DNA of 64,000 bases from the NCBI RefSeq assembly GCF_009914755.1, contig NC_060927.1; one strand, written 5' to 3'. Made by a program: the position numbers and the translations under genes. Under the pieces are notes generated by a model that was not told the DNA's origin, made no database searches, and saw only the letters and a list, made by a program, of their open reading frames with translations. This stretch comes from the human T2T-CHM13v2.0 reference genome, Homo sapiens. Of the stretch, positions 23,724-43,361 are shown piece by piece; the stretch's first letter is position 1; every line of letters begins with the position of its first letter.

Positions 23724-24994
23724 GTAATGTTGTCCTGCTATGTTTAACTCAGAGTAAGAGAAGGTATGGGACCTCTGTCCCTGCCACCTGGTGCACAAGT
23801 ACTGGGAGGTACCTTGTCCAGTCTGAGGCATTCCACCAAGGTGCCATTTATGGGATATAAAAGACCAAGTCAGTTAAGCCTAGCAGATGGTTGAATAGAA
23901 ATGAATAGGTGTGGGTGTGAGTGGGCAGGGGGAAGAGTGACATAATTGAATTGGCCTCTTTATGCTCTTTTAACTCCAGACTGAATTGGTAGAAGAGTAA
24001 TAATTAAAACGATTAGTAACACACATTTAGGTCTGTTTGGCTAAATTCAGGAAAGGGTAAATCGTTATGAACAAGGACACACACATGCATCAAACACATA
24101 CACACACGTGCATAACACACATACAATCAAACATACACAGAATGGAATTTCATTTTAAGAGAGAAGTTAAAGAAACTCATCACTAAGGTTTAAGTGAAAT
24201 GATCTCATGGTTTGCATACAAATTTCCCACTTTCCAGATGTAGGAAACTAATCAAAAATTTAAAAACCATTTTTAAATGACTTTCCTGATTATTCAACGA
24301 ACATTTGTTAGTCCCCCGCTGTGTGCCAGAGCTGGCCTGGAAAAGGAGGACGTGGGAGGGGAAGTAGTGAGTAAAACAATGATGTTAAAGAAAAGCCCGC
24401 TGGAACTCAGAACGCGAAATTTCAATGATCCTAATGCTGGATCCCTTGGGCTGTAGAGCTTCTCCGTAAAGGAATTCAATGTTGGATGGGCTACATACTC
24501 CCTTTCGTGAAAATCAGAGAAAGCTTCTAATGAAACAATAAATAAGGGTAAATAATGCCGATCGGGAAAGGCAGCAGGAGAGGCAGTATGCCCTCTGAGC
24601 AGGTAACTGGGGAGGACAGAAGGTTGGGGAGCTAGCAGGAGCATGGAGCATGGCTGCAAAGATCCACTGTTGAAGACCAACAGAGGGATCTGACATACTG
24701 GCTGCTGATGGAGTGGTAGCTGGGGATGGATTTGTCCTCCCCCTACCCCACCGCCCTAACCAGTATTTAGAGAATACTGTATCGATAGTATTTAGAGAAC
24801 TAGAATGAGAAAATTTACCAGAACAAAAATAGTAAAATTTAAACTTGGAGCAAATGTGTTTTTGTTTGTTTAAGGTTGTAAAATAGTTTCATTCAGGTTA
24901 AAAAATTATGAACTATGGATTTTACCCCATTAAGGCTGCCAAATTTATAAGACCTCATTTAAAGGACATACTTCACAAAGTTTTGTTTGTTTGT

Positions 24995-25112
24995 TTTTCC
25001 TTCTTTCCTTCCTTCCTTCCTTCCTTCCTTCCTTCCTTCCTTCCTTCCTTCCTTCCTTCCTTCCTTTCTTCCTTCCTTCTTTCCTTCCTTCCTTCCTTCC
25101 TCCCTTCCTTCC
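24995..25112. repeat. (CCTT)n polypyrimidine microsatellite
   Basis: Directly visible. Confidence 0.95.
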
Positions 25113-26650
25113 CCCCATTCCTTTTTTCCTTTATGTAAGCGACATCTATTTTTAAAGGGAAATTTATGATGACTTATAAAGGACACAGTTATAGCAAAAC
25201 CATTAAAAACAAGGACCAAAGTACAAAAACAACATGAGAAAGAGTGCAGGATGGGGGACAGAAAACCTGAAAGTTCAAGGCTTGGGGGGAGTTGCTGAAA
25301 ATAAATACAAAATATATTCCCGAACTTTCTGAGTACTAAGATCCAAAAGGAGGCATAATAAGTAATAAAGATCCCATGTCTAACAATAGAGGCATACCAG
25401 CTCCTCAAAAAGAAAAACTTTTCTCTTGTTCTGAGAAGCATATTTCAATTGGCTGTTTATATAAGGGTCATCTCTTAGCTTTGGGGTAAACCCGATGGAA
25501 AAGGAGAGGGTTCTCACTGTCATTTAAAGAAAAAGAGTGAAAGACTGGCACCATTTGCTGTTACTATTTTGCCTTGTACATTTTATTGAGAGTGCATTTG
25601 AGTTGGTAAATTCTGTTTCTTTTCACTTCACTCCACTCCACTCTACTCCACTTCTTTTTATCCTATCCCATCCCATCCTATGTAATTGTTGAATATTCTT
25701 GCTTGGGATCCTTTATTCAGGTATAGACATAAATTGTTTTTACATTTTTTTAAGGGGGAGAGAGGTCACACATATCTCTGAGAAACTGATGAAAGCTATA
25801 AATGTCTTAGTAGGGAAAATATATATAAACACACAAAATTTTGCATAAATTAATTTTATTGCATTCAAAATTTATTTTGAAGAATCACTCCAGGCTGGAG
25901 TAACATATATATAAATTAAAAGAACATATAAATTAAGTCTCTTTCACTTTTATTTTTCTTGGAAAAGTAATGGCCTCATTGTGAAAAATAAAAAAAAATT
26001 TCAAATTCTGCTCTGAGTAAATTTCAGTAAGAAGTTACTCTGATTTGGCAGTAAACACTGATGTACAACAATATTTATGCTATTTATGTATTTAATTATT
26101 ATAATACCTATAGTTTTAAAAATTCTTACTATGTTCTAGGTACTATGCTAAAAACTTAGAGAAAATCTCAGTTTTGCCAGAACTCCAGCCTTTTCACATT
26201 GGGCATTCTTCATAGAAAAACACAAGAAGCAGTATAGCTTTTGGGCCCCTTCACTCTTGATGATGAAAGTAAAATGAAAACATAATTAAGCTTTATTATA
26301 TTTCTTCCCATTGGCATTTTCCAACTTGTGCTAAGCCTGATATAATCATAGACAGATGTCCACAATCATAATGGTAGAAAATGTTTTCTTTAACTCCTCC
26401 CAAAGGGAGAGTATCTGAACCTCAAAACACATGAGTAGTGCCTTACTTGACCATATTCTACACCTCTTCTGGTTCGTAGAATTTCCTGCTCTTTGCCACC
26501 AGGACTGTTTTTTTCTTTATCCCCGCTTATCTCCAGATATTCTAACCTTCATTCTCTATCACAGGATACACCTGTTCTTCAGTCCTGCAAGAGATTTCAG
26601 GACGTTGAAATATTCCCAAACCCCAAGGTCTGACTTCATAGCATTGATAA

Positions 26651-27058
<408 letters not shown>

Positions 27059-27584
27059 TAATTTCACTCATTTACAGTACTTCTTTCAGAGGCAAACTCA
27101 ATAAATCTAACTCATGTGACTGTTCCTGGAGTATATTTGCATTTGGGGGTTTAAAAAATAAAAAAAGTCCAGAGTAGAGTTTTCTGGAGAGAGAAAGTTG
27201 GTTTTAGGCAGCTATAGTGTTCTTTTGTCTTAATCCTGGTGTTGTAAATCTTTCTTCTGCTCCTTAACCAGTCTTCCTTCTTGCTTCCTCACATAACCAC
27301 CCCCTAAATTAAAAAAAAAAAAGTCTATTAAAGGGAAGGGATTTTTAAAATAAATTTATTCCAGTTTGGCTATGTAATTGGCTGAGGGGCATGGATTATT
27401 TTAATATCAGAATCAGTGATGTTTAAAGTGTTGATTCCATTTTAAAAGTTACTTTCTTGAACTAAGGGGCTAGAATCTTGGCTTAGTGGATTATTCCTGG
27501 ATTTCAAGGTATTAGATATTTTTACTCGAAATTCTGGATACTTGCTGTTCTTTGATGACACAAACGTTGACGATCTAACATGGA

Positions 27585-27870
27585 ATATAGTGGTTAAAAT
27601 GGACACTTGAGAGTATAGGGGAAAAATGTACAAGAGTAGGGGAAAGAAAACTCTGGGGCCAAACTACCTGAGTTTAGATCCCAATAATGCCCCTCACTAG
27701 CTTTGAGCAAATTATTAACTTTGAGCAAATTATTCAACATTTTTGAGTCTCAGTTTTCCTGCTTATTATGTGCATAGTAGTAAACCCATGAGGCTTAAAT
27801 GAGTCAATATATTAAAAATTTAAGATGATGTCTAGGACGTTGTAAGTACTTAATAATTGTTGGCTGCTAT
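27585..27870 (+). mobile_element. MIR
   Basis: atagtggttaaa...ctttgagcaaattatt...tctcagttttcct...aagtacttaataa MIR core and tail. Confidence 0.65.
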
Positions 27871-30299
27871 CCTCTAGGTATTTTTAGATAATTCAGTGCA
27901 GAGCATAGTTTTCTCCACTCCCTGGTTTATACCTTGAATAGATACCATTGACCTAGATTGGACCTTTGGATTGAGACTCAAATTACCAATCCAAAAGTTT
28001 ACAATAGGTTTAATCATTAAGTTCAATTGACTAGCTCAAAACTGAAACAGAAACAGTTCTAAGAACTGGCACATCTTCCTGTATTTGCCTTTCAATACTT
28101 ATGCTACACTGTACCATCAAGAAAAATGTTTATTAAAATATTTAGTCATGCATACCAAAGTATAATAAGAATTAAAAAAGGAAAAATTATTTAACCAGTT
28201 TATTGAAATATTTAACCAGGTAGTTAATACCGGACAAAGTTTACCTTAAATAAAGACTATGTGTATTTTATTTGTATAAATCTTTCAGGGTTTTTCTCTT
28301 TACAACCAGAATAAACTTTCCCAAGCATTGTCCTCTCATTTAAGAGTTAACTTTATTGTCACCAAACTATTTCAAATTAGGACAAATGAGAGATGCCTGG
28401 ATTTTAAACCCCAAAAGACTAAGCTAGGCACTAGAAAGGATCTGCAGATGAAATTTCTTAGATTAAGGAAATATGTTTTTATTTCCCTACTTATTAAAAT
28501 CAAACTTTTCAAAGCAGACTCTAATTTTGTCTAGGAGAAGAAATTAATATTTTTTATTTGGAATCTTTAATATTATTTTATGCTACTTTCTCAAGCAGCA
28601 TGTATGTGTTGTATATGTTCTGTATTTAAACTTCCAAGATGTGTATTAAAAGCATTGAAAATGTGTAGTAAAAACATTGAAAATAGGGCTAATAATTCTA
28701 GAAATACTACTTTGTACAATTTAAAAGAATATAGGAAAATTATTATTATCATACTGATGTTATAAAAGAAAAATATTGCTACTAAATGTATTCCAAAATA
28801 TGGAGCCTCAAATAAAAGGAAGCTGATGCTGCCTGTTGCAATCAATGGTAAAGGCAGGCACTGTGAGGAAGGAGCAGAAGCACTTGATCAGTTACAAGGA
28901 GGTCTGAGTCTAGCACCTGCTCTGCTACCAATTAATTACTGATCTGGAACTAATCACTCAGCCTTTATGTAGAATGAGGGGGTTGGGTTGATGAATAACT
29001 AATGTCACTTTTTTTCAAGATCATAATTCTAAAACTGGTTATATGATATGAACAAGCCACTTAATCTTTCTGAGTGTGACTTTCTTTAGGTAAAAATACA
29101 GTCTTAAAGATACCAGTACTATTTTTGCTGTATTTTGTGGGTAATTTAGGTATTTCAGAGGCTAGAGTCTTGAAGTGTGTAGTACAAGGTGTTAAACAGG
29201 TGATTGTGACAGAGGAATTGTTAGTTCAACTTGGACTAGATATCCTCAACCAAGATGCAAATGGCAAAGAAGCCAGTCAGCAAATGTGTGTTGGGTACCT
29301 TCTATTCAATGGCATTGTGCTAGGATTTGAAGATATGGACCAAGACCCTTGTTCTAAAAATTGGCAAATTACTCCTTAACTTTAAGAAATGACTCTTGAC
29401 TTACAGCAAAAAGACAGAAGGAGTAGACATGGATGGACCTCCTTCTTGTTTGCAAACATAGAAGTTACAAATAAAATATGAGAATAATTCAAATTTGCAA
29501 GCAGGCTTTCTTTCTTGAGGAAAAATCACAAGTGGCAGAAATAAAGAGTAAAGTCAACCATATGAGGGGCAGCAAGCACTGGTGCAATTTCAATGCATTC
29601 AGGGGGACAGGAGGCATGATTTCTATGCTGTATGAAGCAAGGGAGCTGGACCTGAGCCACCAGCAAAATACCTAAGCCTTGAGTAGGATCAACCAAGAAA
29701 AGAAGATTAGAAAAATTTTACTTACTAGCCCAAAGAAGCATTAAATAACACTATCATCTGTTCAGAGCCATAAGTAAGGAAAAAAAAGTCACTACCAGTA
29801 ATTGAAACCCCAGGCTTTACAATCTAAATCTGTCCTACCTATACAGTATTGAAATCTCCAAAAATAATCCTAATACTAGTTCAAGACTACTACTGATGGT
29901 GCCCCAGGATCGTAAAAGAAGTAATCATGAAATTTTCCTGTGGAAATATTTCCACAAACAAAACCCATAAAAGTCTCATGGAAGAATAATAAATAAGACA
30001 AAGATGAGTTTACAATACAAAATTACATGCGAACCATGATGCTGGAGAGACATCAGATGTCATCAAAAGGATTAACCCTCCCAGAATTGGATATAACAAA
30101 ACAATTTGAAAGAGAATATAAAATATGTTTAACAAGATTAAGCCTTTAAAATACAGGAGAAAAATAAAAAAAGAAAAATACAGTATTTTAAAAAGAATAG
30201 GAGAATTTGAAAAAGAACCAAATAATACTTTTAAAATAGAAAATATAGTAATGATAAAAAAATTAATGAGTGATTTAAAAGGAGGTTAGAAATCATTAA

Positions 30300-30610
<311 letters not shown>

Positions 30611-30983
30611 GTCCCCCCTCCACACCCTAATAATTACAGAGAAAACTAGGGAATGGAAAAGAAAGCTAGGAAACTGTAATTCAACACAGTAATATAAAGA
30701 GATGTTAACAATAATGAGATTAAAAAATTTGATGTATAGAAGGCTAAAGTCCAACAGGGTCTATGAGACATTTCAGAAGAGAATAGAAAATATGGGAGAA
30801 GCAACTCTTAAAGAAGTAATAACTAAAAAGTTTTCTTGATTGAAGGATGACTTTTCAAGTAGGCAAAGCAAAAACAAACCACATCATGGTAAAATTGCAG
30901 AACATCAGATAAAGAAAATTTAAAAGATGTTTATAGAAAAAAGAGTCCCCCAAAATAAATAAAAATTGGAAAATAATATTTTC

Positions 30984-34375
<3,392 letters not shown>

Positions 34376-34565
34376 TAATATTTTCAAGGTGTTGTCAACC
34401 CAGAATTCCTACCTTATCAAACTGACAATCACAGTGAGAGAAAAATAAAAGCATTTTCAGCTAAACACTGGAGAATCTGTCCCTCACAGACCCTGGCTGA
34501 AAGAATTATTAAATCGTATACATCAAAAAGCAAGAAATTGAATCCAGAAGAAAGTAAATGCAATA

Positions 34566-35695
34566 CAGACACACCTTGTTTTATTGCACATCATAGGTAT
34601 TATGTTTTTTTTTTTTACAACTGGAAGTTTTGTGGCAACTCTGTGTCAAGCAGGTCTGTTGGTCCCATTTTTCCAATAACATGTGCTCGCTTCATGTCTC
34701 TGTGTCAGTCACATTTTGGTAATTCTCACAATATGTCAAACTTTTTCATTATTATTATTTCTGTTATGGTGGTCTGTGATCATGATCTTTGATGTTACTA
34801 TTGCAATTGTTTTTGGGTGCCGTGAACCACGTCCATGTAAAGATGGCAAACATAATCAATAAATGTTGTATGTGTTCTGACTGCTCTACAGACTGGCAAA
34901 TCCCTCAACTCTCATACTCTTCTCAGGCCTCTCTATTCCCCGAGACACAACATCGTTGAAATTAGGCCAATTAATAATCCTACAATGGCCTCTAACTATT
35001 TGAGCGAAAGGAAGAGTTGCATGTCTCTCACTTGGAATCAAAAGCTAGAAATGATTAAGTTTAGTGAGAAAAGCATGTGAAAGCTGAGAAAGCAGAAAGC
35101 TAGTATGTTGTGCCAAACAGTTAGCCAAATTGTGATTGCAAAGGAAAAGTTATTCAAGGAAATTAAAAATGCTACTCCAGTGAACACACAAATGGTAAGA
35201 AAATAAAAGAGTCTTTTTGCTGATATGGAGAAAATTTGAGTGGTCTGGATGGAAGATCAAACCAGTTGTAACATTCCCTTAAGCTAAAGCCTAATCCAGA
35301 ACAAGGCTCTAACTTGTTTCAATTCTATGGAGGCTGAGAGAGTTGAGAAAACTACAAAGGAAAAGTTGGAATCTAGCAGAGATTGGTTTATGAAGTTTAA
35401 TGAAAGAAGCCATCTCCATAACATAAAAGTGCAAAGGAAAGCAGCAAGTGCTGATGTAGAAGCTGCCGCAAGTTTTTCAGAATATATAAATAAGATAATT
35501 GATGAAGATGACTACACTAAACAACAGATTTTCAGTGTATAAAACAGGCTTCTATTGAAAGAAGATGCCATCTAGGACTTTCACAGCTAGAGAGGAGAAG
35601 TCAACAAACATCTGGCTCCAAACTTCAAAGGACAGGTTCTCTTGTTAGTAGCTAATACGGCTGGTGACCTAAAGTTGAAGCCAATGTTCATTCAC
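34566..35695 (+). mobile_element. Tigger1 DNA transposon, 5' part with degenerate transposase
   Basis: cagacacaccttgttttattgc... Tigger1-like terminus; the ORF at 35327-35542 ([24 protein letters not shown]...AASADVEAA) is Tigger transposase-like. Confidence 0.85.
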
Positions 35696-35945
35696 CAGTG
35701 GTTTCGAGATGAAACTATTCCACTTCAGATCATTGGGTATTAGACTCTCATAACGAGCGTGCAACCTACATCTCTTGCATGCATAGTTCATGTTACGGTT
35801 TGTGCTCTTATGATAATCTAATGCTGCTGATCTGACAGGAGGCTAAGCTCAGGAGATAACACTCACTCGCCCATGGCTCACCTCCTGCTGTGTGGCCTGG
35901 TTCCTAATAGGCCATGGATTGGTACCCGGGGCTGGGGACCCCTGT
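35696..35945. mobile_element. MER1-like hAT element
   Basis: gatgaaactattccacttcagatcatt...ctcacctcctgctgtgtggcctggttcctaataggcc...gctggggacccctg. Confidence 0.7.
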
Positions 35946-35949
35946 ACTA

Positions 35950-37290
35950 GAGTTTTATAGTTTTGCATTTTACGTTAGATCTATGATTCATTTGAGATAG
36001 TTTTTGTGAAAGATGTAAGTCTCTCTCTATATTCATTTTTTTTTTTTTTGCTTATGGTTGTCCAGTTGTTTCCGCAATATTTGTTGAAAAGACTATCCTC
36101 TCTCCATTGAATTTCCCTTGCTTCTTTGTTGAGGAGCAGTTGACTATATTTGCATGGGTCTATTTATGGAGTCTCTATTCTATTCTATTAATCTATTTGT
36201 CTATTCTAGTGGGATGTGAAATGATATTTAACTGTGGCTTTAATTTGTATTTCTCTGATGACTAAGATGCTGAGTCTTTTCACTTGTTTATTGCCCATCC
36301 ATATATCTTCTTTTATTAAGTGTCTGTTCCAGTCTTTTGCCCACTTAAAAAAAGCGGGCTGCTTGGGTTCTTATTATTAATGTGTATTCTTCACAATTTA
36401 CAAATTGCAATTCTAATCTACAATTAGATTTACAACTCTAATTTACACTTTTGGATACAATTCCTTTGTCAGATATATGTACCGCAAATATTTTCTCCCA
36501 GTTTGTGGCTTCCATTTTTATCTTCTTTTTTTTCCTTTTTTTTGAGATGGAGTCTCACTCTGTTGCCCAGGCTGGAGTGCAGTGGCATGATCTTGGCTCA
36601 CTGCAACTTCTGCCTCCCAGGTTCAAGCCATCCTCCTGCCTCAGCTGGGACTACAGGCATGCGTCACCATGCCCGGAAAATTTTTGTTTTTGTTTTTTTT
36701 TTTTGGTAGAGACAGGGTTTTGAGACCAGGTTGGCCAGGCTGGTCTCAAACTCCTGACGTCAGATAATCCATCATCTCGGTCTCCCAAAATGCTGGGATT
36801 ACAGGCAGGAGCCACTGTGTCTGGCCTATTTTTATCTTAACAGTGCCTTTGATGACAGGAGTTTTTAATTTGACTAAAGCTAATTATCAATTTTTTTCTA
36901 TTATTCTTAGTGCTTTTGTGTCCTTTAAAAAACAATCTTTAGCCCAAAGTTGCAAATGTATTCTCCTATGTTTTCTTTGAGAAGCATTTTAGTTTTAGCT
37001 TTCTGATTTGAGGACTACAGTCCACCTCAGACTGAGTTTTGAGGGTGATTTTTTTATTCAGTTAGTCTAGCACCATTTGTTGAAAAAACTTTCCCTTCTC
37101 AATTAAATTGCCTTGGTACGTCTTTAAAATGATAATGGGCCATATATGTTTTATCTATTTCTAACCTTTTGTTCTACTTCATTGATGTATTTGTCTACCT
37201 TTATGCTGATTCCATCCTGTCTTGATTGCTATGGCTTTATTGTAAGTCATACCCTCAGTAATGTGAGCCTTCTAAATCTGTTCTTTTTTC
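35950..37290 (-). mobile_element. Old L1M fragments
   Basis: Degenerate antisense L1 ORF2 and 3' motifs (ttgttgaaaagactatcc, gggtctattt, atattttctcccagtttgtggct). Confidence 0.65.
36525..36826 (-). mobile_element. AluS
   Basis: Antisense Alu with TSD-like ATTTTTATCTT on both sides. Confidence 0.88.
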
Positions 37291-37299
37291 CAATTTTTA

Positions 37300-40065
37300 A
37301 AAAAAATTTTATTTTACTTTAAGTTGCAGGATACAAGTGCAGACCTTGTAGGTTTGTTACATAGGTATACGTGTGCGCTGGTGGTTTGCTGCACCTATCA
37401 ACTTATCATGTAGGTTTTAAGCCCCACATGCATTAGCTATTTGTCTTAATGCTCTCCCTCCCCTTGCCCCTACTCCCCAACAGGCCCCGGTGTGTGTTGT
37501 TCCCCTTCCTGTGTTCATGTGTTCTCATTGTTCAACTTCCACATATAAGTGAGAACATGCGGTGTTTGGTTTTCTGTTCCTGTGTTAGTTTGCTGAGAAT
37601 GATGGCTTCCAGCTTCATCCATGTCCCTGCAATGGACAGTATCTCATTCCTTTTTATGGCTGCATAGTATTTCATGGTGTATATGTACCAAATTTTCTTT
37701 ATCCAGTCTATCATTGATGGACATTTGGGTTGGTTCCATGTCTTTGCTATTGTAAATAGTGCTGCAATAAACATATGGGTTCATGTGTCTTTATAGTGGA
37801 ATGATGAGTATATACCCACTAACTGGATTAGTGGGTCAAACGGTATTTCTGGTACTAGATCCTTGAGGAATTGCCACACTTTCTTCCAGAATGGTTGAAC
37901 TAATTTACACTCCCACCAACAGTGTAAAAGCATTCCTATTTCTCCACAGCCTTGCCAGCATATATTGTTTCTTAACTCTTTAATAATCACCATTCTGACT
38001 GGTGTGAAATGATATCTCTTTGCGGTTTTGATTTGCATTTCTGTAATGATCAGTGTGAAGTTGAGCTTGTTTTCATATGTTTGTTGGCTGCATAAATGTC
38101 TTCTTTTGAGAAGTGTCTGTTCATATCCTCTGCCCACTTTTTGATAGGATTGTTTGTTTTTTTCTTGTAAATTTAAGTTCCTTGTAGATTCTGTATATTA
38201 GACCTTTGCAATGAAGAGATTGCAAAAAATTTCTCCCATTCTGTAGGTTGCCTGTTCATTCTGATAACAGTTTATTTTGCTGTGCAGAAGCTCTTTAGTT
38301 TAATTAGATCCCATTTGTCAATTTTGGCTTTTGTTGCAATTGCTTTTGGTGTTTTCATCATGAAGTCTTTGCACATGCCTATGTCCTGAATGGTATTGCC
38401 TAGGTTTTCTTCTAGGGTTTTTATGGTTTTGAGTTTTACATTAAAGTCTTTAATCCATCTTGAGTTAATTTTTGTATAAGGAGTCAGGAAGGGGTCCAGT
38501 TTCAGTTTTCTGCATGTGGCTAGCCAGCTTTCCCAGCACTATTTATTAAATAGGGAATCCTTTCCCTATTGCTTGTTTTTGTCCAGGTTGTTGAAGATCA
38601 GATGTTTGTAGATGTGTGGTGTTATTTCTGAGGTCTCTGTTCTGTTCCATTGGTTTATATATCTGTTTTGGCACCAGTACCATGCTGTTTTGGTTATTGT
38701 AGCCTTGTAGTATAGTTTGAAGTCAGGTAGCATGATGCCTCCAGCTTTGTTCTTTTTGCTTAGGATTGTCTTGGCTATACAGACTCTTTTTTGGTTCCAT
38801 ATAAAATTTAAAGTAGTTTTTTCTAATTCTGTGAAGAATGTCAATGGTAGTTTGATGCGAATAGAATTGAATCTATGAATTGCTCTTGGCAGTATGGCCA
38901 TTTTCATGATATTGATTCTTCCTATCCGTGAAGATGGAATGTTTATCCATTTGTTTGTGTCCTCTCTTATTTCCTTGAGCAGTGGTTTGTAGTTCTCCTG
39001 GAAGAGGTTCTTCACATCTCTTGTTAGCTGTATTCCTAGGTATTTTATTCTCTTTGTAGAAATTGTGATGGGAGTTCACTCATAATTTGGCTCCCTGCTT
39101 GTCTATTGTTGGTGTATAGTTGTGCTTGTGATTTTTGCACACTGATTTTGTATCCTGGGACTTTGCTGAAATTGCTTATCAGTTTAAGGAGTTTTGGGGC
39201 TGAGACGATGGGGTTTTCTAAATATAGAATCATGTTGTTTGCAAACAGAGACAATTTGATTTCCTATTTGAATATCCTTTATTTCTTTCTCTTGCCTGAT
39301 TGCCCTGGCCAGAACTTCCAATACTATGTTGAATAGGGTTGGTGAGAGGGGGCATCCTTGCCTTGTGCCAGTTTTCAAAGGAAATGCTGCCCATTTTTGC
39401 CCATTCAGTACGATATTGGCTGTGGTTTTATCATAAACAGCTCTTATTATTTTGAGATATGTTCCATCAATACCTAGTTTATTGACAATTTTTAACATGA
39501 AGGGATGTTGAATTTTTATTGAAGTCCTTTTCTGCATCTATTGAGGTGATCATGTGGTTTTTGTCATTGGTTCTGTTTATGTGATGGATTACATTTATTG
39601 ATTTGCATATGTTGAACCAGCATTGCATCCTAGGGATGAAGCCGACTTGATCGTGGTGGATAAGCTTTTTGATGTGCTGCTGGATTCGGTTTTTGCATCG
39701 ATGTGCATCAGGGATATCAGCCTGAAGTTTTCTTTTGTGTGTTTGTGTCTCTGCCAGGTTTTGTTATCAGGATGATGCTGGCTTCATAAAATGAGCTAGG
39801 GAGGAGTCCCTCTTTTTCAATTGTTTGGAATAGTTTCACAAGGAAAGGTACCAGCTCCTCTTGGTATCTCTGGTAGAATGCAGCTCTGTGAATCCGTGTG
39901 GTCCTGGGCTTTTTTTGGTTGGTAGGCTAGTAATTACTGCCTCAATTTCAGAGCTCGTTATTGACCTATTCAGGGATTTGGCTTCTTGTTTTAGTCTTGT
40001 GAGGGTGTATGTGTCCAGGAATTTATCCATTTCTTCTAGATTTTCTAGTTTATTTGCATAGAGTT
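37300..40065 (-). mobile_element. 5'-truncated L1PA (L1PA7/8-like)
   Basis: L1PA 3' UTR at 37300-37560; minus-strand ORF2 fragments at 37532-40030 ([16 protein letters not shown]). Confidence 0.9.
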
Positions 40066-40264
40066 GTTCTTCTTTTTGGCCTTTCTAAGTGTTTTGCATT
40101 TCCATAAATATTTTAAATCCGCTTGTTAATTTCTATAAAAAAACTTTCATTTATGGATTTTGACTGTATCAATTTGGGGAGAATAGACACCTTAGCAACT
40201 TTGAATCTTCCATCCATACAAGGTATATATCTCCATTTATTTAGATCTTTTAAAATTTATTTGA

Positions 40265-40560
<296 letters not shown>

Positions 40561-40569
40561 TTATCTGAA

Positions 40570-41440
40570 CAATGAGATCTTGTTAAGTAAATTTTGTTAG
40601 ATTTATTTCCAAGAATTTTATAATTTTTGATGCTATTTTAAATGAAAATGATTTATGCTTTTATATTTCAATTGTTTGTTGCTAATATGTGAAAATGTCT
40701 TTATTTTATGTCATGCAGTCTTGCTAAATTCACTTATTAATTATAGTAACTTTTTGGAGATATCTTAGCATTTCATATATTTGATGATATCATCTGCAAT
40801 TCCTTCTTAATTTTACACTTTTGTTTCTTTTTCCTGCGTATTGCACTGCTAGCATCTTCAGCACCATGTTGAATCGAAGTGGTTATAGCAATTATATTGA
40901 ACTGTGTTTTTGTCAGTCTTAGGAGAGACAGTATTCAATATTACACTGTTAAGTATGATATTTGTAGTAGGTTCTTCACAGGTGATTTTATCAGTTTGAA
41001 GATGTTCTGTTTTATTTCTCGTTTGCTGAGAGTTTAAAAAAAGTGAGATGCTTTTTGTCTCCTGCATTTATTGAGATGATCGTGAAGTTTATCTCCTTTA
41101 TTCTATCATATGATTAATTAAATTAATTGATTTTCTATTGATTGCCAACCTAACCTTGCATCCCTGGGATAAATCTCACTTGGTCATGATGTATTATTAG
41201 TTTTATATGTTGAGAGATTTGACTTCCTGCTATTTTTAAAGGATTTTTTTGGCATCTGTGTAAACGTGATTTATTGGCCTGTAACTTTATTTTCTTGTAA
41301 TGTCTTTGTCAGATTTTGGTATAAGGGTTATGCTGGCATTATGAAATGATTTGGGAAGTTTCTTCATTTCTTTATTTTCTAAAAGAGTTTGTATGAGATT
41401 GGTGTTATTTCTTTTCTAATTTACGAGTAAAACTATCTGG
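40570..41440 (-). mobile_element. Old L1M ORF2 fragments
   Basis: ccttgcatccctgggataaatctcacttggtcatg and cagattttggtataagggttatgctggc are degenerate antisense ORF2. Confidence 0.65.
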
Positions 41441-42127
41441 GCTGGCAGTTGGATACTTTCAGGATTTTCTCCTTATCTTTGAGTTTCAGCAGTTTGACTG
41501 ACTGTGAAGTGTCTATGCATGGTTTTTCTTGCATTTGTTTTTCTTGTGATTCTTCTGAGCCTCTTGGATCTATAAGCTGAAGTTCTTAACAAAATTTGGG
41601 AAATTTTGACATGATTTCTTCTGATATTTTATCTTCCCTATTCCTTCTCTTTTCCCCTTCTAGGACTCCAATTGCTTATATGTTAGACAATATGTTGATA
41701 TTGTCCCACAGATTCTTGAAGCTCTGTTTATTTTTTTAAATCTTTTTTCTCCCTGGATTTGAGAGTAATTTCTACACAAACTTTGAGTTTCTTTTCTATA
41801 TGGCTCCTTTTATTCTGGGATATCTACCTTCAATTTCCAGTTGTTCTTGCAACCCCAAAGAGTTTCCTGTCATACCTTAACCCATTAAGACTGGCTTTCT
41901 GATCAAGTTTCAGCCACTTCTGCCATAGAGACTGGGTAGTGCCCTTAGTGGAAATACTATAGAGACTTCGAATACCTTTCAGTTTCTGCCTGTTTTTCAT
42001 TGCTGTCCAATGCCTTCAAGTAGTTTTTTTTTTAAAAACGTTTGTGCAATTATTACCATTGTTATCTATGAGAGGGTTAATATGGTACAATCTATTCCAT
42101 CATTATTGAAACTAGAACTCTGCCACT

Positions 42128-42438
<311 letters not shown>

Positions 42439-43031
42439 TAATTTGTTCACCTTTCACTCTGTTTTACAATTTAGAAACTCTGCTATCCCCAACTCAAAAT
42501 AACTAGTCATTAGATCCTAACAATTCTTTCTCAGGTATGCTTCCTGAACCTAGTGACACCTAACTTTCTTAGAGTCACTGCTTGAGTTCTAGTTCTCATT
42601 TAACTGGTTTTCCTTCCCCCTTAGCCTCAGTCATTTCCCATACTCCTTCACTTATCCTCCTAAAAATAATTCCTTATGTTACTCCTTTGTTTTATGACCC
42701 CTCTAAGGTTCCTTCAAGATTAAATCTTCTTGGTTTGGTTTATAAAGTCCCTTCCAATTGAATCTATGTCCTGATGTTGTTCCACATAGAACCAATGCTG
42801 ATGTTAAATTCTTCTCTGTTCCTTAGACACATCAGAACTTTCCATGTTTTTGTGATTTTTGCAGTTCGTATCCTGCCTACTCGGGTCACCCATTTTCATC
42901 TGGTTTTTCAAGATGTAATTTTAAAATCCAGTCCACATACTATCTCTTACCGGGTCTTCTTGGCTAGGTTACCTCTGTCATCAACCTCTCTCCTATGTGT
43001 TTTTACTGTACTTATAAGCCTCCATGTTGAC

Positions 43032-43075
<44 letters not shown>

Positions 43076-43076
43076 C
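43032..43076. repeat. (TCTA)n tetranucleotide STR
   Basis: Directly visible, about 11 units. Confidence 0.95.
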
Positions 43077-43361
43077 TTACCATCTATATAATTTCTGATT
43101 TCTCAGGGGATTCTAATCTCCTTGGTCAAAGTATTATGTCTTTCAACTACATCTTTCTGGTATCCATAGCATCTAGTAAGCATTGTACATCTAGTGTAGA
43201 TTCTCAGTGTATATTTTATTAATGATGATATTACAAAGAATATTTCTCAGCAATGATACTCAAAGCAGTGGTTTTACGTGTAGAAATTAAGTGGCCACAG
43301 GCATGAAAGGAGAAATGAATCAGCCAGTTCATGACTATTCTGTTATTTATTGTTTCTTTAG

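Noticed and set aside
23585-23860. ORF-track 91-aa protein starting at GTG 23585
   Set aside because: The true start is the Kozak ATG at 23609, and the frame is spliced at 23723; the remainder is intron read-through.
24908-25441. 160-aa ORF and neighbours
   Set aside because: Open frames are largely due to the (CCTT)n repeat; no coding signature.
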